64,000 nucleotides of DNA from Oscillospiraceae bacterium (lineage in GTDB: Bacteria > Bacillota > Clostridia > UMGS1883). The first letter of the stretch is position 1; every line of letters begins with the position of its first letter. The position numbers and the translations under genes are program-made. Positions 20,759 to 31,452 of this stretch are shown piece after piece. Under the pieces are notes generated by a model. That model was not told where the DNA came from. It worked only from the letters and a program-made list of their open reading frames with translations, and searched no databases. The stretch is from assembly GCA_015068735.1 (NCBI GenBank), contig SVJW01000002.1:11438-75437 (forward strand), written 5' to 3'.

Positions 20759-21610
20759 ATGCGATACAGATTTTTAAGATTCCCCGGCGGAAAAGAAAAA
20801 GCAGTAACGCTCAGTTATGATGACGGAAAACCGGAAGATATCCGCTTTTCTGAAATCATAACAAGTTACGGTCTTAAATGTACATTCAATCTTAACTGTA
20901 AAAAACAGCGTGATGTTTTTTTGACTGATGAGCAGGTTCAGGAGCATTTTCTGAGTAAGGGTCACGAAATTGCGGTTCACGGGGCTTTGCATAAAGCAGA
21001 AGGTTGTATTCGTCCCATAGAGGGAATAACAGATATCCTTGAATGTCGGCTGGAGCTTGAAAAACGCTTTGGCAGAATTATTAAGGGTATGGCATATCCC
21101 GATACAGGCATAAATTTGTTCTCCAATAACGCTTCCTATGAATCCATAAAAAACTATTTAAAAGAGCTGGATATTGTTTATGCAAGAACAATAGACGGAG
21201 ACAATAATTCTTTTATGCTTCCCGATGATTGGTATTCTTGGACCCCCACAGCACATCACGGCAACCCCGAAATAATGGAATACATAGAAGAATTTAACTC
21301 AATCAATCTATCAAAAAGCACTTTCATGCCCGGCAGAGCCCCCAGACTTTTTTATATGTGGGGACACAGCTTCGAGTTTGAAAGAGCGAAAAACTGGGAC
21401 TTGCTCCGGAAAATTTCCGACAAGCTCGGTGGTAAAGACGATGTTTGGTACGCAACAAATATCGAGATATACGATTATGTAAATGCGTACAACAACCTTA
21501 GTTACAGTGCGGACGGCACAATGATTTATAATCCGGCATTATTTGAGATTTGGCTTGATATTGATGGTGAAACGTACAGTATCGCCCCGGGAGAAATGCT
21601 TAAATTATGA
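20759..21610 (+). CDS. Polysaccharide deacetylase (CE4 / NodB-homology domain)
   Basis: The RFPGGKEKAVTLSYDDG NodB motif 1 lies near the N-terminus. The second in-frame ATG (20759) has an AGGAG RBS; the first ATG (20735) has none. Confidence 0.6.
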   Translation: MRYRFLRFPGGKEKAVTLSYDDGKPEDIRFSEIITSYGLKCTFNLNCKKQRDVFLTDEQVQEHFLSKGHEIAVHGALHKAEGCIRPIEGITDILECRLELEKRFGRIIKGMAYPDTGINLFSNNASYESIKNYLKELDIVYARTIDGDNNSFMLPDDWYSWTPTAHHGNPEIMEYIEEFNSINLSKSTFMPGRAPRLFYMWGHSFEFERAKNWDLLRKISDKLGGKDDVWYATNIEIYDYVNAYNNLSYSADGTMIYNPALFEIWLDIDGETYSIAPGEMLKL

Positions 21611-21641
21611 GCGAGACTATATATTGACAGGAGTAAAGCTT

Positions 21642-24314
21642 ATGAAAAATAAAAGAATATTATCAATAGCGGTTTTAATGTGTTTGCTTATCAATATATG
21701 TGCATTTTCTTCAATTGTAACTGTTTCTGCAGATAATAATGCTATGGATGCCGATATTTTCAAAGGAAACAGTGAAAATGCATATGTGCTGTTGGATAAA
21801 CAGATAGAAGAAAACAAATGTGAATTTTTCGACGGAATGGAAATGGGAATTTCCGATACTGCGAATCCTTTATATAATGAAGTTTCTCAGGAAAACGGTA
21901 TAAACGGCAGAAAGTTTTACGCTGCAAATTTCTTGTCCGTAAAGCTTGATAAAAGTTTTGCATCAGCAGAAGATACTGAATTCCTTATAACAATTGTTTA
22001 TTATGACTACGGCCCGAAACAAGGTAGATTCTTTTTGGAATACTTTGACGAGTCGGGAAACCAGCAAACAAAAACTATCATAAAGCCCGGTAACATCCAG
22101 CGCTTTAATGCGGAAACTGTTTATGTAAGCAGTATGGATGTAAACAAAGCATTTGAAGATACCGGCGCTACATTGAGAATAAGAACAAACGGACAGAACC
22201 TCTTTAAAAGAGTTGAAGTTATAAACCTTTCAAAATTTAAAAGGGAAGGCAAACCTTTAAGTGAGCTTACGGCTATACCTTCCGATACTTCTCTTGACGA
22301 ATTGGTTTCATTGGGTATTGTTGATGAAACTTTGCAGAAAGAATTATCTGCAAATATGTCAGAGAATGCTACTATTGAAAAAGCATATAAACTCCTCTCA
22401 ATTATAAGTGGAGATGAAAATAAAGTCATTCCGGCAGAAGTTAACGGAAGCGATTCTATCACACAGGGAAAGATTCTTGAGTTGTATCTTGAAGCACTGG
22501 ATATAACTTCTGATGAAAAGGGCGCAGTAGAATGCGCTTTGGAAAAAGGACTTATAGATAAGTCGGATTTGTTTTTTGGCAATGATGTACCTGCTTGTAA
22601 TTACAATCTTGTAGAGCTTGTTTACAACGCTTTGTATTTTGCGAAGAGCGACGGGACATCGATGATGGAGGGGCTTCTTGCAAAGGACTTCTTCAGTGAG
22701 CAAGTTCTTAAGTCAGACGAATCTCTGATTGCCCTGACATATAAATATCCGAAAAAAGTTCCCTATCAGACAATCAGAGAAAACGAGACAGGACAATCCT
22801 ACTATTATATGAATATATGTAACATTCCCACGATAAGAACATATGTTACTGCACAAAGCTGGACAAACGACGGTAAAAGTTTTGTTTGCGGATTTCAGTC
22901 GGGAAGAATGTTCCTTTACAATACCGAAACACAGATGCTTGTATACATAGACCAGACTTCAGCATCTACTCAGTTAAATGCAGTTGTGGGTACGGACGAT
23001 TATATATATTATGTAAAAACAGATGCAGAAGGAAATCAGGGATTATGGAAAGCGAATCTAAAGGAAGCTCCCATAAAGCCTGAATTTATATGCAATTCAG
23101 TTCACAGTTACAGCCTTGGACTGGTACACATCACAAATGACTGTAAATACATTTCCGCAGAAATGTACGCTCCGGGAAATACCAGAGAAAGTATAAGCGG
23201 AAGATACAGTATTGATGAACAGAAATGGGTTACTTACAGACATCCCACATTCCCGTATTCGCCTGCAAGAACTCACGATATAATAAATCCCGAATACCCT
23301 AATATTATGGCTTTCTGTCATGAAATCACAGGTGTTGGTGCTATCAATCTTTATGACAGAATATGGCAGGTTGATTTAGACACAATGACAGCACAAAACG
23401 TGTTCAAGCAGGGTACAAGACAGGGCGCAGGCTCCATAGCTCTTCAAGGTGCAACTCACGAAATATGGTCAATAAACGGTGAATATATGTATTTCATCAC
23501 CTACGATATGCGTGAATATAATCAGGATCCCATCGGAGCCTCTCCGGCAGTTGTCAGATTTGATAAAGACGGCTCTCACAGAAAGTATTACTATACAAAA
23601 GACTCAGTTGTTCACGAAAACAAGCACTGTGCACCCAGCGGTGATGACAAGTATGTGGTTGCTGACGGTGACTATGTAGTAATTATAAGCACAGAAACAT
23701 GGGAAACATTCCCCATTTCAAGATACGAGTGGAACGGAAAGACATCACATCCCTATCATGGTCATGCGGTTATTGCAAGAAACCACTATAAGGTAAACTG
23801 GGGCGGACAGGATAAGTACGGTATGCTTGGCGTTAAATGGTTTGATTTTACCGAGCTTGTTTCCTCTCAGGCAAAAGGCGGTTACTATAACATGGGTGAA
23901 AATGTTACTCGTGCAAGCTATGAAGGATTGGAATGTGAAAGCGGAGTAACAAATATTAAAGGAAAAGAAGCAATTTATGCAAAGAGCGGAAAATCAATAT
24001 TTGTTGATATATCCGAGGACCTTATTGACACCGACAACGGAAAGATTAAGTTAAGTTTTGATTATCTTGATAACGGAACAATGCCGATAGATATTATTTA
24101 CACATCAGGTGTAAATACAGACAACGACCGTTACAGAATATTTGACAACAAGGAAAGTATTGTTCGCACAGGAACAAACAGATGGAAACATGCCGAAGTA
24201 GTGATTTACAGCGGTAACTTTGAAGATATAGGAAAGTTCAATACCGATTTGAAAATTAATGGACAGAGTGCATATGTTTATCTGTCAAATGTCAAGGCAA
24301 CTATTGTTGAGTAA
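21642..24314 (+). CDS. Large secreted protein with a beta-propeller-like repeat region (TolB/PL22-like blades); candidate polysaccharide lyase
   Basis: 891 aa ORF from the ATG with an AGGAG RBS, with a signal peptide (MKNKRILSIAVLMCLLINICAFS). Blade-like repeats occur, e.g. TNDGKSFVCGFQSGRMFLYNTETQMLVYID. It sits in the rhamnogalacturonan utilisation context. Confidence 0.45.
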   Translation: MKNKRILSIAVLMCLLINICAFSSIVTVSADNNAMDADIFKGNSENAYVLLDKQIEENKCEFFDGMEMGISDTANPLYNEVSQENGINGRKFYAANFLSVKLDKSFASAEDTEFLITIVYYDYGPKQGRFFLEYFDESGNQQTKTIIKPGNIQRFNAETVYVSSMDVNKAFEDTGATLRIRTNGQNLFKRVEVINLSKFKREGKPLSELTAIPSDTSLDELVSLGIVDETLQKELSANMSENATIEKAYKLLSIISGDENKVIPAEVNGSDSITQGKILELYLEALDITSDEKGAVECALEKGLIDKSDLFFGNDVPACNYNLVELVYNALYFAKSDGTSMMEGLLAKDFFSEQVLKSDESLIALTYKYPKKVPYQTIRENETGQSYYYMNICNIPTIRTYVTAQSWTNDGKSFVCGFQSGRMFLYNTETQMLVYIDQTSASTQLNAVVGTDDYIYYVKTDAEGNQGLWKANLKEAPIKPEFICNSVHSYSLGLVHITNDCKYISAEMYAPGNTRESISGRYSIDEQKWVTYRHPTFPYSPARTHDIINPEYPNIMAFCHEITGVGAINLYDRIWQVDLDTMTAQNVFKQGTRQGAGSIALQGATHEIWSINGEYMYFITYDMREYNQDPIGASPAVVRFDKDGSHRKYYYTKDSVVHENKHCAPSGDDKYVVADGDYVVIISTETWETFPISRYEWNGKTSHPYHGHAVIARNHYKVNWGGQDKYGMLGVKWFDFTELVSSQAKGGYYNMGENVTRASYEGLECESGVTNIKGKEAIYAKSGKSIFVDISEDLIDTDNGKIKLSFDYLDNGTMPIDIIYTSGVNTDNDRYRIFDNKESIVRTGTNRWKHAEVVIYSGNFEDIGKFNTDLKINGQSAYVYLSNVKATIVE

Positions 24315-24328
24315 AGGGTGAAAACATT

Positions 24329-26089
24329 ATGAAAAAGTATTTAAAAAGTATTATCAGCCTGATTTTGGTGGTATTGCTCCTTGCAAGTCCCGTTTATGCT
24401 TCCGGCTCGGATGACACTATGCAGGCAGACTGGCGTGGAGATTATACCAACATGAACCTTATAATAAAAGTAAAATCTCCTGTTCCTTATATACAGAATG
24501 TAACTGTAACGATGTATCCCAAGGGCGCAACCCCCGGCTTTGATACATATTGCCGTGTAGATGAGGTTACTTTTAGCGGCAGGGAGGAAAAGGAAATCAT
24601 CATCAAACTGGCGAACGACCTCAATGCACCCAACGGTGAATACACAGTTGTTCTTCAGGGAAACGGTGCTTACGATTCCGAAAAGAACCGTGCAGAGATT
24701 GATGTGTGTGTTCTTTCTCCTAACAGCGTGGGAAGTCTGCTTAATCAGATTAACAGCGTAACAGGTGACACAGACGAAAGTCTTGCAAACTTGAAAACCT
24801 ATATGCAGCAGGCTGCAGCAGCATTGAGAATTGACGGTGTTGACGCTGCCACAAACAGTCAGCTTAAGACTGTTATCAATGTGAGAAACATCGATTTCGC
24901 TACAAACGGAAGTAAGTTCTTAAGCCTTAATGATGTGGAAAACGCATGGAGAGCAACAGGTCTTATTGAATATCTTAATCAGGAAAACATTAACGGCACA
25001 CAGCTTGAAACAGAATATAAAGCGGTTGCAGGCATTATGTCCATTGATATGACTGATGATGATTATGCTAAGGTAAAAACATCGCTTTACAATAATATAA
25101 TCAGTATGAGAACAGCCTTTAACAACAATAATGGTGTTCAGACATTGAAAGATGCAGAGAAAATATTCAATCAGGCAAAGGCAGTTGCCGTCGTTAACTC
25201 CTCGTCGGTTGATGATATGGAGGATGCAATCGTAAAGTATAAAGCAACACTTGAAATAAGTGACACAACATACAACACTTTCGCAAGACATTCATCGGAC
25301 AATAGAGAGAAAATAATGAGACAGCTTGTTAATAAGAATTTCCAGACAGCAAGCGCAGTAAAAGAGGCATTCTCTACTGCTGTATCAGGCGCAGGTGAAC
25401 CCGGTGGCGGTAACGGCGGTGGCGGAGGAGGCGGCGGTTCGTCCGACGATGACGACGATTATCCCACCGAAAACCCCGGAAGCCTTGGCGGTAATCCCGA
25501 CAGTATTCCTGCCGTTCCCTCTGATACACCATCTTCAAACGGTGTATTTTCGGATGTGAACGGCAACCATTGGGCAGCAAACTACATATCTGTTCTTGAA
25601 AAAGAGGGTATAGTTTCAGGATATGCCGATGGAAGGTTCTACCCTTCAAATACAGTAAAGAGAGAAGAATTTGTAAAAATGGTAGTTCTCGCATCGGGAA
25701 TGTACACGGCAGGACAGAACTGTAATTATGATGATGTAAGAGAAGAAGAATGGTATTTCACATACATTGCTTCCGCAAGTCAGTCAGGAATTGTTAACGG
25801 TATCGGCAACGGAGTGTTCGGTATAGGAAATAATATCACAAGAGAAGATGTTTCGGTAATTGTAAACCGCATCTTACTCAGCAAAAATGTAACTCCCGCG
25901 AACCCCGGATTTCTTAAATTTACCGATAATGCACAAATCAGTGATTACGCAAAAGAGAGCATTAAGAACTTATCAGCACTTGGAATTCTCAGCGGTTTTG
26001 AGGATGGTTCTTTCAAACCGAAAGCAAACCTTACCAGAGCTGAAGCTGCCAAGATAATATTTATGCTCAAAGATCATATCAGCAGATAA
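24329..26089 (+). CDS. Cell-surface protein with three C-terminal SLH (S-layer homology) repeats
   Basis: 586 aa ORF with a signal peptide, an N-terminal Ig-like region and a Gly/Asp-rich linker (GGGNGGGGGGGGSSDDDDD). Three SLH motifs follow (FSDVNGNHWAANYISVLEKEGIVSGY..., YDDVREEEWYFTYIASASQSGIVNG..., FTDNAQISDYAKESIKNLSALGILSG...). Confidence 0.7.
   Translation: MKKYLKSIISLILVVLLLASPVYASGSDDTMQADWRGDYTNMNLIIKVKSPVPYIQNVTVTMYPKGATPGFDTYCRVDEVTFSGREEKEIIIKLANDLNAPNGEYTVVLQGNGAYDSEKNRAEIDVCVLSPNSVGSLLNQINSVTGDTDESLANLKTYMQQAAAALRIDGVDAATNSQLKTVINVRNIDFATNGSKFLSLNDVENAWRATGLIEYLNQENINGTQLETEYKAVAGIMSIDMTDDDYAKVKTSLYNNIISMRTAFNNNNGVQTLKDAEKIFNQAKAVAVVNSSSVDDMEDAIVKYKATLEISDTTYNTFARHSSDNREKIMRQLVNKNFQTASAVKEAFSTAVSGAGEPGGGNGGGGGGGGSSDDDDDYPTENPGSLGGNPDSIPAVPSDTPSSNGVFSDVNGNHWAANYISVLEKEGIVSGYADGRFYPSNTVKREEFVKMVVLASGMYTAGQNCNYDDVREEEWYFTYIASASQSGIVNGIGNGVFGIGNNITREDVSVIVNRILLSKNVTPANPGFLKFTDNAQISDYAKESIKNLSALGILSGFEDGSFKPKANLTRAEAAKIIFMLKDHISR
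25397..25460 (+). repeat. Simple-sequence GGC/GGT (poly-Gly) then GAC/GAT (poly-Asp) codon run encoding the linker of the SLH protein
   Basis: ggtggcggtaacggcggtggcggaggaggcggcggt...gacgatgacgacgat, a low-complexity nucleotide tract inside the CDS. Confidence 0.6.
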
Positions 26090-26105
26090 GTAGGAGGTAA
26101 ATAGT

Positions 26106-28757
26106 ATGAAAAATTTTATAAATAGACTGTGTACCTTGCTGCTTGTAGTAGCTCTGGTGTTATCAGGCAATGCAGCTTTTGCCGATAATACCGAAGTTGT
26201 ACCGGAAAACAGCTTTGTACCAATGACATCACAGGAATTCAGTGCACTTAAGGGAATGAATCTTCTTACTGATACATTAGTTAATGCAAGTGCAAACAGT
26301 ACAGTAACAAGAGCTGAGTTTTTAGGCGCATTGTTCAAAATCACAGGATATTCAGAGATAATAACGATGGAAGAGCCCTTTGTTGATGTAGATAGTGCTA
26401 CACCCCATTATGATGCAGTATCCTTTTTCTATAATACAGGCGTTATAAAAGGAACAAGCTCAACCACATTCAGTCCTTATAACACAATCAGCTGCCGTCA
26501 GGCGGTTACTGTTCTGATTAACTTCCTCGGATACAGGACTACAAGCCGTGTGAAGTCCAATTCCGAATCCGAATATTTGGAAACGGCTTATAAATACGGC
26601 TTGTTAAAAGGTGTCAAGGCGGATTCCTTTGACAGACCTCTTACAGCAGAAACTGCCGTAGTACTTTTATATAACTGTGCTACTGCAGATCTTGTTGAGG
26701 TTTCATCCTATAACGGAAACGGGGAGGCAACAATCCATATTGACAAAGACAGTTGCATCCTTACAGACTATCATTCGATCTATTACGGAAGAGGAATAAT
26801 AGGCGTTTCTGTTAATGGGGAACTTCAGTTAGAAGAAAAAATTTCAATAGACGGAAAGGTATATTTTACAGGAGGAAAAGACTTTTCCGAATATCTCGGA
26901 TATAAAGTAAAGTTCTTTTATAAAGCAGACGGATCTGACAGAACACTTTTGTGGGTGAATCCCGAAGCAGTCAACAGCGTTCTCACTATAGACAGCGAGG
27001 ATCTTCTGATAAATGACCGCGAGTATAACTATGATAAAATTATATACAAGGGAAAAGGCGAAAAGAGAACTGAAGCAAGGGTTAATTCCTATGCGGATAT
27101 AGTTTATAACTACGCCCTTTGCAATAATGCAACCCTGGATATGATAAAACCAAAGGTGGGTAACATCACTTTGGTGGATAATAACAACGACGCCATTTAT
27201 GATACCGTTGTTATAAGAGAGTATCAGAACTTGTTCGTTTACGGTACTTCCCTTGACGAAAACTTTATTGCGGACAGATATGGAAATCCTGTTGACCTTG
27301 ACGATTATAAGTTTGTTAAAATCATCAAAAACGGAGAAGAAATCCAGATTGGTAACATTAATAATAACTGCGTAGTTTCATACCTTGCAAGCCCCGATAA
27401 AAAGTATCTTTACCTTTATGTAAATGATGCCGGAGTGAAAGAAAAATTAGTAAGCGTAACAACAGAGCCCGATGAAACTATGTATGAATTTGAAAGCGGA
27501 GAATATTTTGTTTCCAAGACATTAGATCAGGTTATTGCTGACGGTAATTACTTCGTTCCGGAGCTTAGTCCGGGAAAAACATACTGGTACTATCTTGATG
27601 TAACAGGAAGAATTGCAGCCGTAACCGAAGCAAACGATGATACCGAGCAGTATGCTTACCTGATTGAAATACATGAGCCGGTTTCATCCAGAAGCAGAGG
27701 TAAAGTTGATCTGGAACTTGTTCTGAAGGACGGAACTCAAACATTTATAGAAACAGCAAAGGAAATAACAATTGACGGGGTTGAAGACCTGCCCGGAACA
27801 ACTCTCTCTCTTGGTGAAGTAGGTGAGGTTGTAAAGCTTTCCTTTAATAAAGACGGTGAGGTAAAATCAATTGACTTTGCCGATTCTCTTGATGAAACGG
27901 CACATCCTTTCGGCTTTGACAAGACAAACTTCACTCTTGATTATCCCGAAATAAATGAACTCTATTACCGTAATTACCTGTTTGGCAACAGATACGCAAT
28001 CGGTGCAGACACAGTTTGCTTTGCGGTATTTACAAATAAAGACGGTACAAAAGAATATGATGTTATTGCGATGAACGCTATACCGAGCAATGCAACATAT
28101 ACTAATCTTATGATGTACGATTGTGACGAATATCGTAACATTGGTGCTTTGGTTATTCCGCTTAACCGTCGTGACAGATTCTTCTCAGGACATATTCTTG
28201 TAGATAATATAAGATATGTGCTGGATGAAGAAGATGACGAATATTATACTCAGATAGTAGGTCTTGTTGGAGGCAAGGAGGTTTCATACACTGTTAAGGA
28301 CGAAGACGAAGTTCTTGAAGGAATGAGTCTTAAACGCGGTGATGTAATCCGTTGCTCCACCTACGAGAATGTAGTTTATCGCGTAGAGCTTTTATGCAGA
28401 TTAAGTAACGAGGATTCTCCGTTAATTGACACAACAATCCTTGGAAGCCAGTCTGACTCAAAAGTATTCGGATATTTGTATTCCAATGACGGTAACAACA
28501 TCGTTTTGTATAATCCTGACGGGTGGAAATACGGTGGAAAGTTATTGGTGACAAGAGCAATTACACCGCTGGCAAACTTAAGTATTTCAGTATATGACAA
28601 AAAGACAGATACTGTATATACCGGAAGTGCAAAAGATTTGTATAATACATCGGCACCGCAACTTGACGGAAGCATTTTCCTGGAAGAACATGCAACGAAA
28701 GTGTTTATATGGAGAGAAAATACAACTGTCGGTGAAATTATCGTTGCACATTATTGA
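26106..28757 (+). CDS. S-layer-type protein: signal peptide, three N-terminal SLH repeats, large uncharacterised C-terminal region
   Basis: 883 aa ORF with a strong RBS GGAGG. The N-terminal SLH repeats include FVPMTSQEFSALKGMNLL..., FVDVDSATPHYDAVSFFYNTGVIKG... and FDRPLTAETAVVLLYNCA.... Confidence 0.7.
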   Translation: MKNFINRLCTLLLVVALVLSGNAAFADNTEVVPENSFVPMTSQEFSALKGMNLLTDTLVNASANSTVTRAEFLGALFKITGYSEIITMEEPFVDVDSATPHYDAVSFFYNTGVIKGTSSTTFSPYNTISCRQAVTVLINFLGYRTTSRVKSNSESEYLETAYKYGLLKGVKADSFDRPLTAETAVVLLYNCATADLVEVSSYNGNGEATIHIDKDSCILTDYHSIYYGRGIIGVSVNGELQLEEKISIDGKVYFTGGKDFSEYLGYKVKFFYKADGSDRTLLWVNPEAVNSVLTIDSEDLLINDREYNYDKIIYKGKGEKRTEARVNSYADIVYNYALCNNATLDMIKPKVGNITLVDNNNDAIYDTVVIREYQNLFVYGTSLDENFIADRYGNPVDLDDYKFVKIIKNGEEIQIGNINNNCVVSYLASPDKKYLYLYVNDAGVKEKLVSVTTEPDETMYEFESGEYFVSKTLDQVIADGNYFVPELSPGKTYWYYLDVTGRIAAVTEANDDTEQYAYLIEIHEPVSSRSRGKVDLELVLKDGTQTFIETAKEITIDGVEDLPGTTLSLGEVGEVVKLSFNKDGEVKSIDFADSLDETAHPFGFDKTNFTLDYPEINELYYRNYLFGNRYAIGADTVCFAVFTNKDGTKEYDVIAMNAIPSNATYTNLMMYDCDEYRNIGALVIPLNRRDRFFSGHILVDNIRYVLDEEDDEYYTQIVGLVGGKEVSYTVKDEDEVLEGMSLKRGDVIRCSTYENVVYRVELLCRLSNEDSPLIDTTILGSQSDSKVFGYLYSNDGNNIVLYNPDGWKYGGKLLVTRAITPLANLSISVYDKKTDTVYTGSAKDLYNTSAPQLDGSIFLEEHATKVFIWRENTTVGEIIVAHY

Positions 28758-28794
28758 TGCAGAAAACCGAAATTGGTTATAAAAGGTGATTACT

Positions 28795-31431
28795 ATGATT
28801 AAAACAAACAGAAATTTTATGAAGACTTTGTTGCTCACGACGCTTCTTATTCTGAGTTTATCTGTTAATGTAGCAGCTGATTCCGAAAGTGATTGGAATA
28901 CTGTGTATACTCAGAATTTTGAAGGCGTGGATGACGGTCTTGTTACAGATGGAATAACTAACGAAAATGAATCCTTTTCAGCTGAGATACAAGGAGAAGC
29001 ACTGGAAATGAAATCTGACGCCCTCTGCTATTACAGAGTGCAGGATCCTGACCTTGACAGTCTTAACTGCGAAGAAAACTCCCACGGTATAGAAGTATGG
29101 ACATACGGAAACAGGTGGGTGTGTTCAGAACTTAGTGAACCTGTGAATGGGGTTTATTACTCGGGAAGTAACACTAACGCATTGCTTGTTAAAGAACAAG
29201 GCGGTCTTAATTCATTGGGAACAGTTCTTGTAAAGACAAGTTCCAGCATAGCCAGAACAAACATTATGTTCAACGTTGACAGTTCTATGTTTAAAAGCAC
29301 AGATACTGTTGCCATAAGAGTTAAGTATTATACTCCTGACGGAAAAGACAGACTGCGTATAACCTATCCAAATGCATCTTCCAGCAGTACAGGCTCTTTA
29401 TACGACACGGGAAAAAGCGGTGCAACAGGCGAGTGGCATACAGTAACCAAGACTCTTGAAGGAGCTGACTTTACAAGAAAGGCTCACTCTGACTATACTT
29501 TCAGAATTTTTGCTGACCAGACAGGTACCAATGGTGAGGGTATGGTATTTATCCACAGCGTTGAACTGTACAAGGTAGGCGAAACTGCTATTGATGAAAG
29601 TGCTGAAAATACTGTTTTTGAGCAGGAAATAGCAGAAGATCAGATTTACGGTAACGCAAGACTTACCTACGATCTTACATTCCATGCAGGAATCCCCTGT
29701 GCAGAGGGTTGCAGTCAGGATGATGAGTGTGTAGTAGCAGAATATAATACAGGAAAGAACAGAGTTTCTTTTAGCCTTGCTGATAGTAACAGCGTAGAAT
29801 TTGCTTCAATACAGTACGACCTTGACGAAACAGATGCTTCTATTTATGCTCTGTCCACCGACGAGAACGGTGATGAAGAAAGAATTCTTCTTTACAGCGG
29901 AGATATTGCTGATGCGTGTCTTACTTATACGGTTACTCTTAATATGAAAGAGAGTACCTATACTGTAGAAATAGCAGATAACGGCACTCCGCTTACTCTG
30001 GAAAATGACGGTCCAATCCCTGTTTGCAACAAGGATGAACTCGGTCTTTACTGTAATGCAAAATACATACGAATTAACCATAATCAAGCCTCACACGCGC
30101 TGCTTTACAGAGTGGACAATATTATAGTTGAGGGTCAGGTTGACGCAGATTATGAAAAAGCGGCTACAGACCTTGACAACATCACTCTTGATGAGCTTGT
30201 AAAAGATGATTTTACACTTCCTTCTGAAGGCTCTGTAAACGGAAGTGAAATCTACTGGACCTCCTCAGATTCTGCCATTGAAATCAGCGGAAATACGGCA
30301 ATTGTAAGCCGCGGAGAAGAGGATATAACCGTTACATTGCGTGCAGAAGCGACCTGTAACGGTATGACTGCAGAAAAAGAATTTTATGTTACTGTAAAAT
30401 CTTTTGAAGGGGTTTATTTTGAAGTTTCAGAATGCTCCGGAAGAATTGAAAGTGACGGTACAATTACAGCAGAAGCTACTGTAATGCATCCCGGTGTAAC
30501 AGGCGCAACTTCGGTAACTTTCGTAGTATATTCAATAGACAGCAATACCGGTAAAATCTGCAATGTGGAATATATTACAAAACCTGTTACATCCACATAC
30601 GGGGAAATGAGCTTCGGCCCTGTAACAGGAATGGCTGCAAACGGTGGAAACAGCGTAAAATGCTACTTATGGGACAATAACAACAAATCTCTTGTGAACA
30701 ACAAGCCTGGAGTAAGCGATATTAAATCCGAAAGCAAGGTAAAAGGCGCAGGTATTTCATGGAAAGGATATGACGACAATAACGCCATAGACTATTATGA
30801 AATTTTCAGAAACGGATCAAAGATTGCAGAAATTCCTGCAAACGGCGAGGAAATGAAATACCTTGACACCACAGTTACCGGAAGTAACAACACTTATTCA
30901 ATCGTACCCGTAGATACAAATATGAATAAGGGTGCTGTAGCCACAGACAGTGCAAAATGCGGAAAAATTCCCATGACATACTACCTGTCTCCGGAGGGCG
31001 AATCTGAAACTGAGATTAACGAAAACGGTAACGGTATTGAAATGCTTATCAAAACCTCCGATTCAAGTGCAGGATATACTGTATTTGATCCGGACGGAAG
31101 AAAGATTCCCTCGGGCAAATATCTTCCGCTTGTGATTTCAACCAACGCGCCCAAGAGCGATCTGGTTATACAGTTTACATACAAGGCTGCAGCAGGAACT
31201 AAATTGCAGTTCTTATACAACTATCAGGTTATGGAAAATCAGGGCGAATCATACACCGTAAAGGCATCGGATATAGGTAAAGGTTGGATGGTATTCACAG
31301 TTAAGCTTGTTGGCATTACTCTTGAATACAATAACGGAAGAATGAATAACGCTCACTTTGCACTTCAGGCGTTAAACGGTGAGATTATTGTAAATAAGAT
31401 TGAAATGATAGAAATATCCAAGTATGAGTAA
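28795..31431 (+). CDS. Large secreted protein with Ig-like and fibronectin-III-like modules; function unknown
   Basis: 878 aa ORF from the ATG with RBS AAAGGTG, with a signal peptide (MIKTNRNFMKTLLLTTLLILSLSVNVAA). It has an FN3-like segment (GISWKGYDDNNAIDYYEIFRNG...TYSIVPVD) and a Big-like segment (ITLDELVKDDFTLPSEG...SSDSAIEISGNTAIV). Confidence 0.5.
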   Translation: MIKTNRNFMKTLLLTTLLILSLSVNVAADSESDWNTVYTQNFEGVDDGLVTDGITNENESFSAEIQGEALEMKSDALCYYRVQDPDLDSLNCEENSHGIEVWTYGNRWVCSELSEPVNGVYYSGSNTNALLVKEQGGLNSLGTVLVKTSSSIARTNIMFNVDSSMFKSTDTVAIRVKYYTPDGKDRLRITYPNASSSSTGSLYDTGKSGATGEWHTVTKTLEGADFTRKAHSDYTFRIFADQTGTNGEGMVFIHSVELYKVGETAIDESAENTVFEQEIAEDQIYGNARLTYDLTFHAGIPCAEGCSQDDECVVAEYNTGKNRVSFSLADSNSVEFASIQYDLDETDASIYALSTDENGDEERILLYSGDIADACLTYTVTLNMKESTYTVEIADNGTPLTLENDGPIPVCNKDELGLYCNAKYIRINHNQASHALLYRVDNIIVEGQVDADYEKAATDLDNITLDELVKDDFTLPSEGSVNGSEIYWTSSDSAIEISGNTAIVSRGEEDITVTLRAEATCNGMTAEKEFYVTVKSFEGVYFEVSECSGRIESDGTITAEATVMHPGVTGATSVTFVVYSIDSNTGKICNVEYITKPVTSTYGEMSFGPVTGMAANGGNSVKCYLWDNNNKSLVNNKPGVSDIKSESKVKGAGISWKGYDDNNAIDYYEIFRNGSKIAEIPANGEEMKYLDTTVTGSNNTYSIVPVDTNMNKGAVATDSAKCGKIPMTYYLSPEGESETEINENGNGIEMLIKTSDSSAGYTVFDPDGRKIPSGKYLPLVISTNAPKSDLVIQFTYKAAAGTKLQFLYNYQVMENQGESYTVKASDIGKGWMVFTVKLVGITLEYNNGRMNNAHFALQALNGEIIVNKIEMIEISKYE

Positions 31432-31452
31432 TCTTTGAAAGAGGGATTATAT

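Noticed and set aside
21543-21641. Upstream extension of the 923 aa ORF overlapping the CE4 gene
   Set aside because: The internal ATG at 21642 has an AGGAG RBS and begins a canonical signal peptide. The extension overlaps the preceding CDS in another frame.
25374-25694. 106 aa minus-strand Arg/His-rich ORF (…RHRRYRHRVHLR…)
   Set aside because: It is an artefact of reading the GGC/GAC codon repeat of the SLH-protein linker on the opposite strand.
28594-28838. Small overlapping ORFs at the 26106/28795 gene junction
   Set aside because: They overlap the C-terminus of the SLH protein and the start of the next secreted protein. They have no independent RBS.
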